Position numbers and translations under genes: made by a program
Notes under the pieces: generated by a model
Seen by the model: only the letters and a program-made list of their open reading frames with translations
Told to the model about the DNA's origin: nothing
The model's database searches: none
Source of the DNA: a virus
Taxonomy: Duplodnaviria > Caudoviricetes
Direction: 5' to 3' (one strand)
Length of the DNA stretch: 64,000 nucleotides
IMG/VR virus record: IMGVR_UViG_3300031418_000003
Part shown: positions 49,667 to 58,520 of the stretch, piece after piece
How positions within the stretch are numbered: the stretch's first letter is position 1
Layout of the letters: every line of letters starts with the position of its first letter

Positions 49667-51430
49667 ATGACTGATAAAAACGAAAGTCCTATTGTTGGAC
49701 GTGTGTGTAAGCATGCTTATCTGTCTTACAACAAAGCCAATCGAGATAACGATCTCTTGGTGGCAAAGATTACCAATGTTCATGAGGATGGAAGTCGTAC
49801 TCATAAACTAGCACAGATTGAAAACTTTAAACGTGATTTCTACATTGTTAAAAAGAAACACCAGGGATTCAAAGATAAACGTGATTACATTGAAACCAAT
49901 AAATGTGACAAGTTCTCCTCCAATGAATCGCGTCTTGCATTAAACATCAGTAAGATCTTGTTTGGTCGTCCTGATCGTAATGCACAGTTGTATGACTTGA
50001 AGAACAACCCCTATGTGTTTGGTTGTCAGGAAACCGTTCCGGTTGTATATAAGGAACGGTACTATAAGAAGTATCCCGACTATCAACCACAAGAAGCATT
50101 TGGGGTAGCCGCATACGACGTCGAAACCTACATCCTTGAAGACGGTGGCGTGGGCCCTGTTAACATGGCATCTACCACTCATGGTTCCCATGCGTTCTGG
50201 GCAGGTATTCGTTCTTATTTCCCAATCGAAGATCAGAAAGACGATAATATCATTCTGCGTAAGTTAAATGAGTGTGCGGCGAAACACCTGGCTGACTACA
50301 TGAAACTTCACAATGTCGAGAAGATCGATTGGAACCTCGTCAATACCCCTGGGCAGGTTGTTTATGAGAATATCCAGTATTGGCATCGTTGTGGGATGGA
50401 TTTCATTGTTAGTTGGAACGCAAACTTTGATATGGAACGAAACCAAGAAGCACTGATGAACGAAGGGTATGATCTGGCGGCAACTTATAGTGACCCGTCT
50501 ATTCCTCAAGTCTATCAGGATTACTTCTACTTCCCTGGTCGTCAGTTCAAAACCAAGGTTGATGGCTCACAGTCTCCGTTGGAACCACAGGAACGTTTCC
50601 CGGTTGTGCAAGCACCTGCTAACTGGCAGTGGTTTGATGGGATGTCTTTCTATGCAATTAAACGTGCCCCCGGTGGTAAGAAAGAATCTTACTCGTTACA
50701 GAACACGGCTATTGCAGAAGGGGTAGAAGGTAAGCTCTATATTCCAGAGGCCGACCATCTGCAAGCAGGTTCAGCAGAGTGGCATAAATTCATGGTGAAG
50801 AATTATCCTTATGAATATGTCATGTATAACATCCGAGATAACTGGGTTATCGAAGACCTGAACCGTAAAACAAATGACTACTCTCTGTCGTTACCTTCTC
50901 TGGTCACGTCGTCTGAACTGAAGTCGTATCAATCACAACCTTCTATGATCTCTGACAAACTGTCGTTCATTGCGTTAGAGCACGGTTATGTTTGGGGGAC
51001 GGTGGGGCGTAAGAAAGAGGATGTCTGGAAAGAGATCAAACCTGACTTACGTGATTGGATCGCTCTGCTGCACGCTGAGCTGAATGAAGATAAAGGTAAG
51101 GCAATCTATGCTGGTCTTCCTTCATGGCGTTCACGTGGTCGTGGAGACACAGATGATATCGATGTAACGGGCGCCTATCCTCACATCACTGTTTCACTGA
51201 ACGTGTCTAACAAAACTACCAAAGTGGAAGTGTGTGAAGTAGAAGGATTGGATCGTATTGAATTCCGTCGTTTAGGGGTGAACTACGCATCAAGTCCAAT
51301 TGCTAACGCGGTGACACTGTGTAACACTATCTACGGTATGCCGCAGTTAACCGAGATCAACTCTTTCTACGAAGAGTCTGTGGTGCCGTTTATTAAAGAA
51401 GCAAAAGCAGATCTGAAGAAAGCTGCGTAA
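49667..51430 (+). CDS. Family-B DNA polymerase, split subunit (exonuclease domain plus motif A)
   Basis: ExoI YDVET, ExoII SWNANFD, ExoIII YNIRD; polymerase motif A DIDVTGAYP near the C-terminus; phiKZ-like polymerases are split over two genes. Confidence 0.85.
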   Translation: MTDKNESPIVGRVCKHAYLSYNKANRDNDLLVAKITNVHEDGSRTHKLAQIENFKRDFYIVKKKHQGFKDKRDYIETNKCDKFSSNESRLALNISKILFGRPDRNAQLYDLKNNPYVFGCQETVPVVYKERYYKKYPDYQPQEAFGVAAYDVETYILEDGGVGPVNMASTTHGSHAFWAGIRSYFPIEDQKDDNIILRKLNECAAKHLADYMKLHNVEKIDWNLVNTPGQVVYENIQYWHRCGMDFIVSWNANFDMERNQEALMNEGYDLAATYSDPSIPQVYQDYFYFPGRQFKTKVDGSQSPLEPQERFPVVQAPANWQWFDGMSFYAIKRAPGGKKESYSLQNTAIAEGVEGKLYIPEADHLQAGSAEWHKFMVKNYPYEYVMYNIRDNWVIEDLNRKTNDYSLSLPSLVTSSELKSYQSQPSMISDKLSFIALEHGYVWGTVGRKKEDVWKEIKPDLRDWIALLHAELNEDKGKAIYAGLPSWRSRGRGDTDDIDVTGAYPHITVSLNVSNKTTKVEVCEVEGLDRIEFRRLGVNYASSPIANAVTLCNTIYGMPQLTEINSFYEESVVPFIKEAKADLKKAA

Positions 51431-51436
51431 GCATAA

Positions 51437-51464
51437 CTCCTACTCACCCCAGGGTGAGTAGGAG
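51437..51464. terminator. Conserved-family palindromic hairpin (copy 6)
   Basis: CTCCTACTCACCC-ca-GGGTGAGTAGGAG between convergent genes. Confidence 0.8.
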
Positions 51465-51470
51465 AGTATG

Positions 51471-52160
51471 TTATTTGGCGGCGTCGTCGACTTTATAGTT
51501 ATAGACCTGAACAATGGCGTTGGTCAGTGCTTGTGCTTTTTCTGCCCAGGCTTTGTACGCTTTCACGGCTTTCTCATAAGGGGCGTGCGATTCACCTGAT
51601 TTACGAGGTAGTGCCTTGGCGCAGTGGCTTTCAAAATCACTGCTGACTTTGGTGACCGCATCCAGTAAGGCGTTCATCCCGGCCATGACGTCCATTGGGG
51701 ATTTACCTTCAGCCATCGAGGCGATCGCTTTGTCAGCCTTGTCCGCAAACCCTTCTGCCTTAACACCCTCAGGCAGTGAACCGACAGCTGATTTCAGTGC
51801 TTCAATTTTTGGGGTACAGGTTGAGCGAAGTTTTTCACGCATGGCTTTCTTTTGCTCATCGTCACCGCTTTTGAAAATAGACGCCAATTTACCCTTGGTG
51901 GTGCGGAAGATATCGGCAAACCATTTCTTGATGGCTTCGTATAACTTTTTGATGAACTCACCAGTCTTCTGGGCACCGGCCTTCACGCTGTCAAGGAAAC
52001 CTTCTTGCCCCACATGAGCACCAAAATCGGGATTGTCCTGAGCATGGAGCTTAAGTACTGCAAACGCATAGCGTGCTTCTGGTGCGGTACGATTACCGCT
52101 ATTAATGGCTTCACAACCCGATACGATTTCTGCAAAGTGTTCTACATCTGAAAAGCTCAT
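51471..52160 (-). CDS. Displaced inner-head protein paralog
   Basis: SGCEA and VGQEG sites then FLDSVKAGAQKTGEFIKKLYEAIKKWFADIF helix. Confidence 0.7.
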   Translation of the reverse strand: MSFSDVEHFAEIVSGCEAINSGNRTAPEARYAFAVLKLHAQDNPDFGAHVGQEGFLDSVKAGAQKTGEFIKKLYEAIKKWFADIFRTTKGKLASIFKSGDDEQKKAMREKLRSTCTPKIEALKSAVGSLPEGVKAEGFADKADKAIASMAEGKSPMDVMAGMNALLDAVTKVSSDFESHCAKALPRKSGESHAPYEKAVKAYKAWAEKAQALTNAIVQVYNYKVDDAAK

Positions 52161-52210
52161 GGGACGTTCCTTGAAGGTAAGAAGAAGAAAAAAAGAATGT
52201 TACAAAATAT

Positions 52211-52240
52211 CCTACTCTATCCCGTGAAGGATAGAGTAGG
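52211..52240. terminator. Conserved-family palindromic hairpin (copy 7)
   Basis: CCTACTCTATCC-cgtgaa-GGATAGAGTAGG; U-tract on the - strand further downstream. Confidence 0.8.
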
Positions 52241-52254
52241 GAATAGATCGTTGA

Positions 52255-52791
52255 TTAGCGATACACGTAGGTATGCAGGTTAGTGCGCGCCTGACCGTTG
52301 AACATGGCTTCGAACTTGGTCATGTCAAACATTGTGGTGAACTGATTACGGTTACGCGCGTATTCAGACAACAGGGTCACAAACATCATGAAACGTTTGT
52401 AACGAGTCAGTTCAGTCGAGTTGACTGTACCTTCCAACACAGCGAGTGGAGAAATGATCTTGTCCCAGGCAAATTCGTTGGGATTTTGCTTGACGGTAAC
52501 CAGAAAATAATCCATCACTTCTTTCATGTTTGAGTAATCCATTTTCAGGAAATTCCAAACACTTTCCAGGAATGACTTCTGGATTTTCTGGCGTTCTTCC
52601 AGACTTCCACCGCCAATTTCCCCTCTCAGGAACTTGGTGAACTCATCAATACCATTCTGGTAGATGTGGACAGGAGAAGTTACCTGGCGTGTTTCTTGTG
52701 CCTGGGTATTCTGCTGATCGGTCTCAGCTTGGGTATCTACCGTGTTGTTACGGCGTTCAATCTTTGGAGGGTTGAAGTTGTCACCCATCAT
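52255..52791 (-). CDS. Conserved hypothetical protein
   Basis: 178 aa. Confidence 0.7.
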   Translation of the reverse strand: MMGDNFNPPKIERRNNTVDTQAETDQQNTQAQETRQVTSPVHIYQNGIDEFTKFLRGEIGGGSLEERQKIQKSFLESVWNFLKMDYSNMKEVMDYFLVTVKQNPNEFAWDKIISPLAVLEGTVNSTELTRYKRFMMFVTLLSEYARNRNQFTTMFDMTKFEAMFNGQARTNLHTYVYR

Positions 52792-53126
52792 TATTTTCCT
52801 CTTTGTGCAGCGGCGATTGCGGCTACTTCGTTTTTATCCAAGCCGGTGTCCCTGGCGGCGTCGGCAGCTGCTTTATCGGCAGACTTCTTCTTAAGAAGAG
52901 CCAACTCCTCAGCACCCCGACCGTTACCTTCCAAAAGATCGTCAAGGAGGTCAATCGGGATCTCAAGATAATCTTTAAATGGAAGGAACCTGCTGTATTC
53001 CCGTAACCCGAAGGTGTGCCCAACGTTCTTTGCAGACCAGAGATGGAATAGATCCCTTCGCTGATGATTGTAGCGGATTTGGGCGTTATCTGATTCAGAT
53101 ACATGAACCCATCCCCGCATAATCAT
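52791..53126 (-). CDS. 'T'-like ORF of a putative tail-assembly chaperone pair; its frame stays open upstream to 53327
   Basis: 111 aa from ATG 53126 (GGAG upstream); same frame as the -1 frame of the upstream gene; HTFGLREY..LP..DYLEIP motif. Confidence 0.6.
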   Translation of the reverse strand: MIMRGWVHVSESDNAQIRYNHQRRDLFHLWSAKNVGHTFGLREYSRFLPFKDYLEIPIDLLDDLLEGNGRGAEELALLKKKSADKAAADAARDTGLDKNEVAAIAAAQRGK

Positions 53127-53239
53127 GGCAACTCTCCGATCGATGATTTTGCGTTTAAGAGCGTCCCGTTCATTAGCGTGTTCGATAAAATAGCTTATTG
53201 CTTTATCAACTAAATCCGGGGACAGGTCTCTCTCATCTA

Positions 53240-54862
53240 TTAGGAAAGATTTTCCTCGATGGTGTTCGATGTTTCTTCCCTGATACCAATCATCATTCGG
53301 GTACGGTCGAAAAAATTCATAACCGGATCAATTGGAGTAAACCCTTTGATCAGTTCATGGTCTTCGCCGTCTGCTTCCTTTTTGCACGATGGACACGCGT
53401 CATTCGGAATACCTACAAAGGTATACGTCATGCGAGGAATCACTGTAACCAGACGTTTGAGGGTATCGACGTAGAGATCTTCATCGTCGTTAAAGATATC
53501 CAGCAGTCCTTCTTCAAAGCTGCGAGGATCATCATCACGGGCAATGACTTCAACTTCGCCCTCTTTACCCGGTTCTGGATCATACTCAATAGAACCAATC
53601 CACTGAGTATACTCGCTGCCACGAATCCCGGACATGTACTCTTTGCGTTTCTCTTTAAAGTCACGCTGATTCGGGAACTCAATGGCCAGCTCACGCAAGT
53701 CCGGGTTAATGCGGTCACGCATGGCAGCGTAGGTTTCAAAGTACTCGTTCAGCGTAGGCACTTCAATGTTCATCCGACCCACACCTGGGATAGGAATAAC
53801 GTTATCGAGTGCCTTGCCTTCAGGATCATTATAGACTGGACGCCATTTGGCCAATTCCTCACGAGAAAGCTTACGGGCTTTGTTAACAACTTCGTAGAGA
53901 ACTTCACGGCGATCAGCTGGCATGTCTTCTTCGATATCCAGAATCATTGTGGTAGGATCCACAACCTGAATCTCGTTATGTTGGCATTTGTTTGCCACGC
54001 AGTACATGCGGAAACTCACACCCTTCGGTGCAGTGATGCACAACAGGCTCATCACGATAGGGTTAATATCGTTGGCCAGGATATACTCTTTCAGTTCGTA
54101 GACATCAGCGACGTCTTTGACACTATGGTAATCCAGGCGGTCCAGTACAAAGTCAACCAACAGTTCCGCAATACCTGCACGTTCTAACTGAAGTGAATTG
54201 ACATTGAAACGTTCACCGTAAGTCTGTAACCGAGTTGCAATGGTGTTGATCAAACGAATCAGATCCGGTGCAGTTGGAATCACCACGCGCATCAAGATCA
54301 TGGAGTTTAACAGAATAATGTTAAACTTATCCGGCTCACCGCGACCACCACGCAAGTTACGACGCATACGGTCACGTACCGACAGTTCACTGTTACGCTG
54401 TGGGATGATTGGATGGACTGTGCCAATACGGCTACCGTCTTTACCAGGAACAGTGTTACTGAGGTTATCGCGATTCAGTAATTCCAGGTTTTCATCACGC
54501 AGTAACAACCGGTCGGCGGTGCGCATAATAAAGGTCATGTAGTTGACCAACATCGGAACCAGATCAGCTTCTTCCATTTCTGGGAAGTTCTCGGCTACCA
54601 GTTCGTCAAACTTCACCTTCAATGCTTTTGCATCACGGGCAGGGGCACGTTCATTGACTTGTTCAGCCAGTGCTTCCTGCAGCGCAGTATACGTCATTGC
54701 CGTTTTATAGATAGCGCGGTGAACGTCACCGACTTTACCGACGAACAAAGGAATAGCGGAAGGGTCGTAATTCTCCATCTTACGAATTACGGCATCACGC
54801 AATACTTTTATTGCGGTTTCCTTTTCGATTCCTTTCTCAAGTTCACTCTTTTCTTCAGACAT
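53240..54862 (-). CDS. Putative tail/baseplate-hub assembly chaperone (T4 gp26/gp51-like or 'G'-like)
   Basis: 540 aa; Cys clusters YCVANKCQH and ACPSC; IEVPTLNEY; NFF near the C-terminus encoded by a slippery heptamer. Confidence 0.55.
   Translation of the reverse strand: MSEEKSELEKGIEKETAIKVLRDAVIRKMENYDPSAIPLFVGKVGDVHRAIYKTAMTYTALQEALAEQVNERAPARDAKALKVKFDELVAENFPEMEEADLVPMLVNYMTFIMRTADRLLLRDENLELLNRDNLSNTVPGKDGSRIGTVHPIIPQRNSELSVRDRMRRNLRGGRGEPDKFNIILLNSMILMRVVIPTAPDLIRLINTIATRLQTYGERFNVNSLQLERAGIAELLVDFVLDRLDYHSVKDVADVYELKEYILANDINPIVMSLLCITAPKGVSFRMYCVANKCQHNEIQVVDPTTMILDIEEDMPADRREVLYEVVNKARKLSREELAKWRPVYNDPEGKALDNVIPIPGVGRMNIEVPTLNEYFETYAAMRDRINPDLRELAIEFPNQRDFKEKRKEYMSGIRGSEYTQWIGSIEYDPEPGKEGEVEVIARDDDPRSFEEGLLDIFNDDEDLYVDTLKRLVTVIPRMTYTFVGIPNDACPSCKKEADGEDHELIKGFTPIDPVMNFFDRTRMMIGIREETSNTIEENLS
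53309..53315 (-). promoter_or_regulatory. Candidate -1 ribosomal frameshift site U_UUU_UUC
   Basis: In-frame X_XXY_YYZ heptamer; the -1 frame opens after TGA at 53330-53328 and runs 172 codons past the site to the stop at 52791. Confidence 0.65.
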
Positions 54863-54891
54863 CTTTCTTTTCCTGTATAGAGGATGAGGGG

Positions 54892-55599
54892 TTATTCTGT
54901 AGTTGCGACTTCAGCCTCAGTTTGAGGAGTTGGATTAGTTTTGCTATCAATTTCCTCTTTAACTTTTGTGAGGTACTGATAGGCGAAAGTCTGGAGAACT
55001 TCCAGTCGTTGTTGTGCTGGGTCATCGATACCTTCGATATCTTTAGCCAAACGCGCCCAGGTCTCTTCAATGATCAACGCATGCTTCTCAGCACGAGCAA
55101 CTTCGGCATACAGTTCCTCTGCGTAGTTCTGAAGTGTAGTGCCAATCTCCAGACACTCAGTGACCACCGCTTCTTCTTCATCGCGTTGAAGCAGCTTCAC
55201 AAGGTTCTGAACACGCTTGTCAATACTGATCAAGTCAGCAGAGACGGCAAAGAGATCAATGACCAGTGGCTGGTCAATAATGTTCTGTTCATCCAGTGCC
55301 TGAACCAGCGTGATATAAGAGTAGAGCTTGAATACTTCGCCTGCCGCTTTCTGGAGACCGACAACCATTTCTTCAGGTGAATTAAACTCACCATTAATTT
55401 GCTTGCGATGATTCACATCACGCACTGCATTTGCTAACACCTGATCGAACTCCAGGCGATTACCCGTAAACTCTTTACGGAAACTCTTTTTGTTCAACTC
55501 ACTTGGCGTTGTACGTGCCTTGTTAGCAGAAACTTTCTTGGCTTTAGCACGGGCATTGCGCTTGGTAGCACGCGCTTGTGAACTCTTTGCTTTGGTCAT
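54892..55599 (-). CDS. Hypothetical protein with basic N-terminal tail and acidic helical body
   Basis: Start re-assigned to ATG 55599 (GAGGAG RBS); KAKSSQARATKRNARAKAKKVSANK. Confidence 0.7.
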   Translation of the reverse strand: MTKAKSSQARATKRNARAKAKKVSANKARTTPSELNKKSFRKEFTGNRLEFDQVLANAVRDVNHRKQINGEFNSPEEMVVGLQKAAGEVFKLYSYITLVQALDEQNIIDQPLVIDLFAVSADLISIDKRVQNLVKLLQRDEEEAVVTECLEIGTTLQNYAEELYAEVARAEKHALIIEETWARLAKDIEGIDDPAQQRLEVLQTFAYQYLTKVKEEIDSKTNPTPQTEAEVATTE

Positions 55600-55623
55600 C
55601 TTATGACTCCTCAAAAAAGATGA

Positions 55624-56514
55624 ATGGAACTAATTATGTCAGATATGATTGATCTCACTAATGTGGATCTTGGTGTGGAAAACATGGGTGAGATGTGGGT
55701 AGACTTTATTGCTCGCTGTACACCTCATCAAGCTACACTATTCAATGAGTCGTACAATTTAATTGCAATCTCTTTCCCAGAAAGTTTCATCGACAATACC
55801 CTCAATCAATTATTCATTGATGAATCTCTGGATACGTCGGAATTAATAGCATACGTCAGAGAGCTGTTTATTAACACAATCATCGACGCGTTACAGATGA
55901 TGGGAATTGTCATTGATAAAGATTTTATCGAAATGAACAGTTTATCTGAACTGAAAAGTGTTCTGGATACAATCTATTTGTTCGATGGTCTAACCGACTT
56001 ATTGGGTCTGGTTGATATCTTAAACGATGAAGAACAAGATTGTAAAGATCGCTTTATTCAGATTGTTCAGATGACTCAACCTCAGTACGACATGAGTAAT
56101 ATGGATTACTTCATTAAAGAAGTTTCTGCTAACACGATTCGTGGTATTCTGATCGGACTGAACATCATTGATGAAGATGATGCCGAGTATGTCGATCACA
56201 CCATCCGTGACCGCATTAAAGCCAACAAGCAGTGGCTGGCTGATACTCACGGTGGGCAACACATCATTAACGGTGGTGGTGCGGGTTTAAACATCGACGG
56301 GTATCTGAAAATATTCATGAGTGACTTAGCCAAAGATTTGGCAACCAGTCCTTATGACTATCTGAAGAATGTGCTGTCGTTGATGATTGTCTCGTCATTA
56401 ACCGATTCACAAATCCAAGGTCAGTTTAGCTCATTGATTGAAGATCAAACCACAAATGTGGAAGAAGCATATCGGGCAATGGATATTCTTAAGAAGGTGA
56501 AGTTAAATGCATAA
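55624..56514 (+). CDS. Conserved virion-associated protein upstream of the vRNAP subunit
   Basis: 296 aa, acidic, coupled to the RNAP gene. Confidence 0.65.
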   Translation: MELIMSDMIDLTNVDLGVENMGEMWVDFIARCTPHQATLFNESYNLIAISFPESFIDNTLNQLFIDESLDTSELIAYVRELFINTIIDALQMMGIVIDKDFIEMNSLSELKSVLDTIYLFDGLTDLLGLVDILNDEEQDCKDRFIQIVQMTQPQYDMSNMDYFIKEVSANTIRGILIGLNIIDEDDAEYVDHTIRDRIKANKQWLADTHGGQHIINGGGAGLNIDGYLKIFMSDLAKDLATSPYDYLKNVLSLMIVSSLTDSQIQGQFSSLIEDQTTNVEEAYRAMDILKKVKLNA

Positions 56515-57817
56515 GCTTGATTTTCTCTTTCTTGCTTTCAAGAATCGAGCATACACCAGAAAGACATTTCTGTTGTCTATCTTCAGTTTGGTTCATGATA
56601 CTCCAAACAACAACAAGAAGTTAGCTGAAGTTCCATTCGCAGTATTTCGCGACAATGAAAAGAAAGAACTCTATTTCATTGATGAGAATAAACAACGCGT
56701 AGTGATCGAAGGACACGATGACTTTAATCGTCCCCTCTTCTATAAGAACGACCCGATTACTGTTGACATGGATACGGTTGATTTTGTTAAAGAGAAAATC
56801 GAAACTACCATTGGGATTTTCCTGACTAACATTGTTGTGTTGTATGAGTCTTTCGGGACACGCGCTAGTTACATCAATGGTCGTATCAGTGGCGGAACAA
56901 TCATGGGTGTCATCGACGGTTTGATGGTCGATAACCCCACGCCTGATAAACCGGTACCAGAAGGTAAAGCTTCTGTTAACGATTGTTTAAAAGTGACCAA
57001 GCAGTTAGATTACCTGGAGGGGATGAACAACGTATTTGTTAAGGCATCTTCGATTGATGTACTTACTGTTCACCCTGAGGTAATTGCGCTACGTGACAAG
57101 CTCCTCAAGGAACTTGAAGACCAGGGTAAACTTGATGATCCTACTGCAGTCGCTTTGGCAATTGATGAAGTTATTGCACTCGATGCCAAAATCCAATATG
57201 CGGGACCTTCTGCGGACTTCTTCATTAACGGTAAGTTTATTGATAACGCCCGTAAGAAGATGTTTATTATCTTTGATATGGTGCCTGATTTTAATACTGG
57301 TAAATACCAATTACTTCGGAAGTCTCTAAATGAAGGGTGGGACCAGGACCATTATCCGGAATATATCAATACTGCAATCTCGGCGTCATTTGACCGTGGT
57401 AACGCAACCGGTGAAGGTGGTGCAGAGGTTAAGGTTGCTATTCTCTTAACCAACCGTATCGTAATCGGTAGTCAGGATTGTGGATCCCCGCGGACTGAAT
57501 CAGTGAAGATCACTAAACACAACTTTAAAGGTTGGGTCGGGGGATTCTATCTGATTGACGGCAAACCGGTGATCATTGAGAAAGGCGGTTCTGACTTAAT
57601 CGGTAAAGTCGTAAACATGCGCGTCCCGCAGTTCTGTCAAGAACCTGAGGATAACTTGTGTAAGACTTGTGCTGGTAATAAGCTCGGGGCAATTGAAACA
57701 CGTGTCTCAGCGGAAACGGTTTACATCTTTACCCAGTTCATGTTAACGAGGATGAAGGCCATGCATGTGTCACAGTTGAAGACAATAACCATGACCTTAG
57801 AACAGATCCTGCGATAA
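56507..57817 (+). CDS. Virion RNA polymerase beta' subunit, middle part (phiKZ gp80-like)
   Basis: SLNEGW, SFDRGNATGEGG (bridge-helix region), DCGS, RVPQFC..LCKTCAG Zn site, trigger-loop-like QFMLTRMKAMH. Confidence 0.9.
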   Translation: MHKLDFLFLAFKNRAYTRKTFLLSIFSLVHDTPNNNKKLAEVPFAVFRDNEKKELYFIDENKQRVVIEGHDDFNRPLFYKNDPITVDMDTVDFVKEKIETTIGIFLTNIVVLYESFGTRASYINGRISGGTIMGVIDGLMVDNPTPDKPVPEGKASVNDCLKVTKQLDYLEGMNNVFVKASSIDVLTVHPEVIALRDKLLKELEDQGKLDDPTAVALAIDEVIALDAKIQYAGPSADFFINGKFIDNARKKMFIIFDMVPDFNTGKYQLLRKSLNEGWDQDHYPEYINTAISASFDRGNATGEGGAEVKVAILLTNRIVIGSQDCGSPRTESVKITKHNFKGWVGGFYLIDGKPVIIEKGGSDLIGKVVNMRVPQFCQEPEDNLCKTCAGNKLGAIETRVSAETVYIFTQFMLTRMKAMHVSQLKTITMTLEQILR

Positions 57818-57837
57818 AAAAAAAATAAGTAACGTAA

Positions 57838-57865
57838 CCTCTACTCTGCCTAGGCAGAGTAGAGG
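57838..57865. terminator. Conserved-family palindrome (copy 8), perfect 28 bp
   Basis: CCTCTACTCTGCC-TA-GGCAGAGTAGAGG between convergent genes. Confidence 0.8.
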
Positions 57866-57873
57866 ATTGTTAT

Positions 57874-58416
57874 TTAGTCAAACAGAGAGATTTCGATCTC
57901 ACCAGTTAATGCCCTTTCTTTAATGAAGTTAAATAATTCGGGTACCACTTGCTTGGTTGTCTTATCGTAATCTGGATAATGGTTAATTACCACAATCGGA
58001 TTACCTTTATACCGCATAACCATTTGCTTGATGACAGCATCGCCAATATTCTTGTTTTCAGAAAAGCCAGTGATGTTGTATGCTGGCATTTCAATTGGGT
58101 TGCCGTTTAATGCCAACGTCCAGACTTTATGTTTAACCGAGTCAACATAAAGTCTGACATACCGACCCCAAAATGCGTCTGTTAAAATAGAAGGGAGCGA
58201 ATGATCACAACAATTTTCACTGCCGATAGTCATGATGTAATTATCGTGGAAATAAACATCCCAAGTTACGGCATTAAAAGAACGAGCCTGGACTAAGTTG
58301 ACTCCTTCCATGATTCTGATTGGGCTATCCTCAGTAACCGGTTCAAAACTGCTGGACTCGGTAATGTTGAGAATTCCGATGGCAATGGTGCTCATGTTTT
58401 CTTTAGTGAAGTTCAT
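57874..58416 (-). CDS. Accessory hypothetical protein
   Basis: 180 aa, AGGA RBS, preceded by a promoter-like motif. Confidence 0.65.
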   Translation of the reverse strand: MNFTKENMSTIAIGILNITESSSFEPVTEDSPIRIMEGVNLVQARSFNAVTWDVYFHDNYIMTIGSENCCDHSLPSILTDAFWGRYVRLYVDSVKHKVWTLALNGNPIEMPAYNITGFSENKNIGDAVIKQMVMRYKGNPIVVINHYPDYDKTTKQVVPELFNFIKERALTGEIEISLFD

Positions 58417-58455
58417 TTGTTCATTCCTGTATAAGTTAAATTGCGTGGTAGATTA

Positions 58456-58479
58456 CTTAAATAATATAAGTCTATTATT
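58456..58479 (-). promoter_or_regulatory. Putative early promoter (AATAATAGACTTATATTATTTAAG)
   Basis: Shares the AGAC-W-TATAT-W-ATT core with the 14881-14904 motif. Confidence 0.4.
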
Positions 58480-58520
58480 CTTTCTAACTAAAAAGAATGA
58501 AGACAATGCATGTTTCTCAA

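Noticed and set aside
49667-51430. Polymerase lacking motifs B and C as a pseudogene or intron-split gene
   Set aside because: Split family-B polymerases and split RNAP subunits are established features of phiKZ-like phages, and the ORF is intact.
53198-54187. 329-aa + strand ORF (also 19960-20688, 21605-22336, 54811-55380)
   Set aside because: Antisense to well-supported genes; F/I/V-rich, non-protein-like sequence and no RBS, as expected from codon-bias mirroring.
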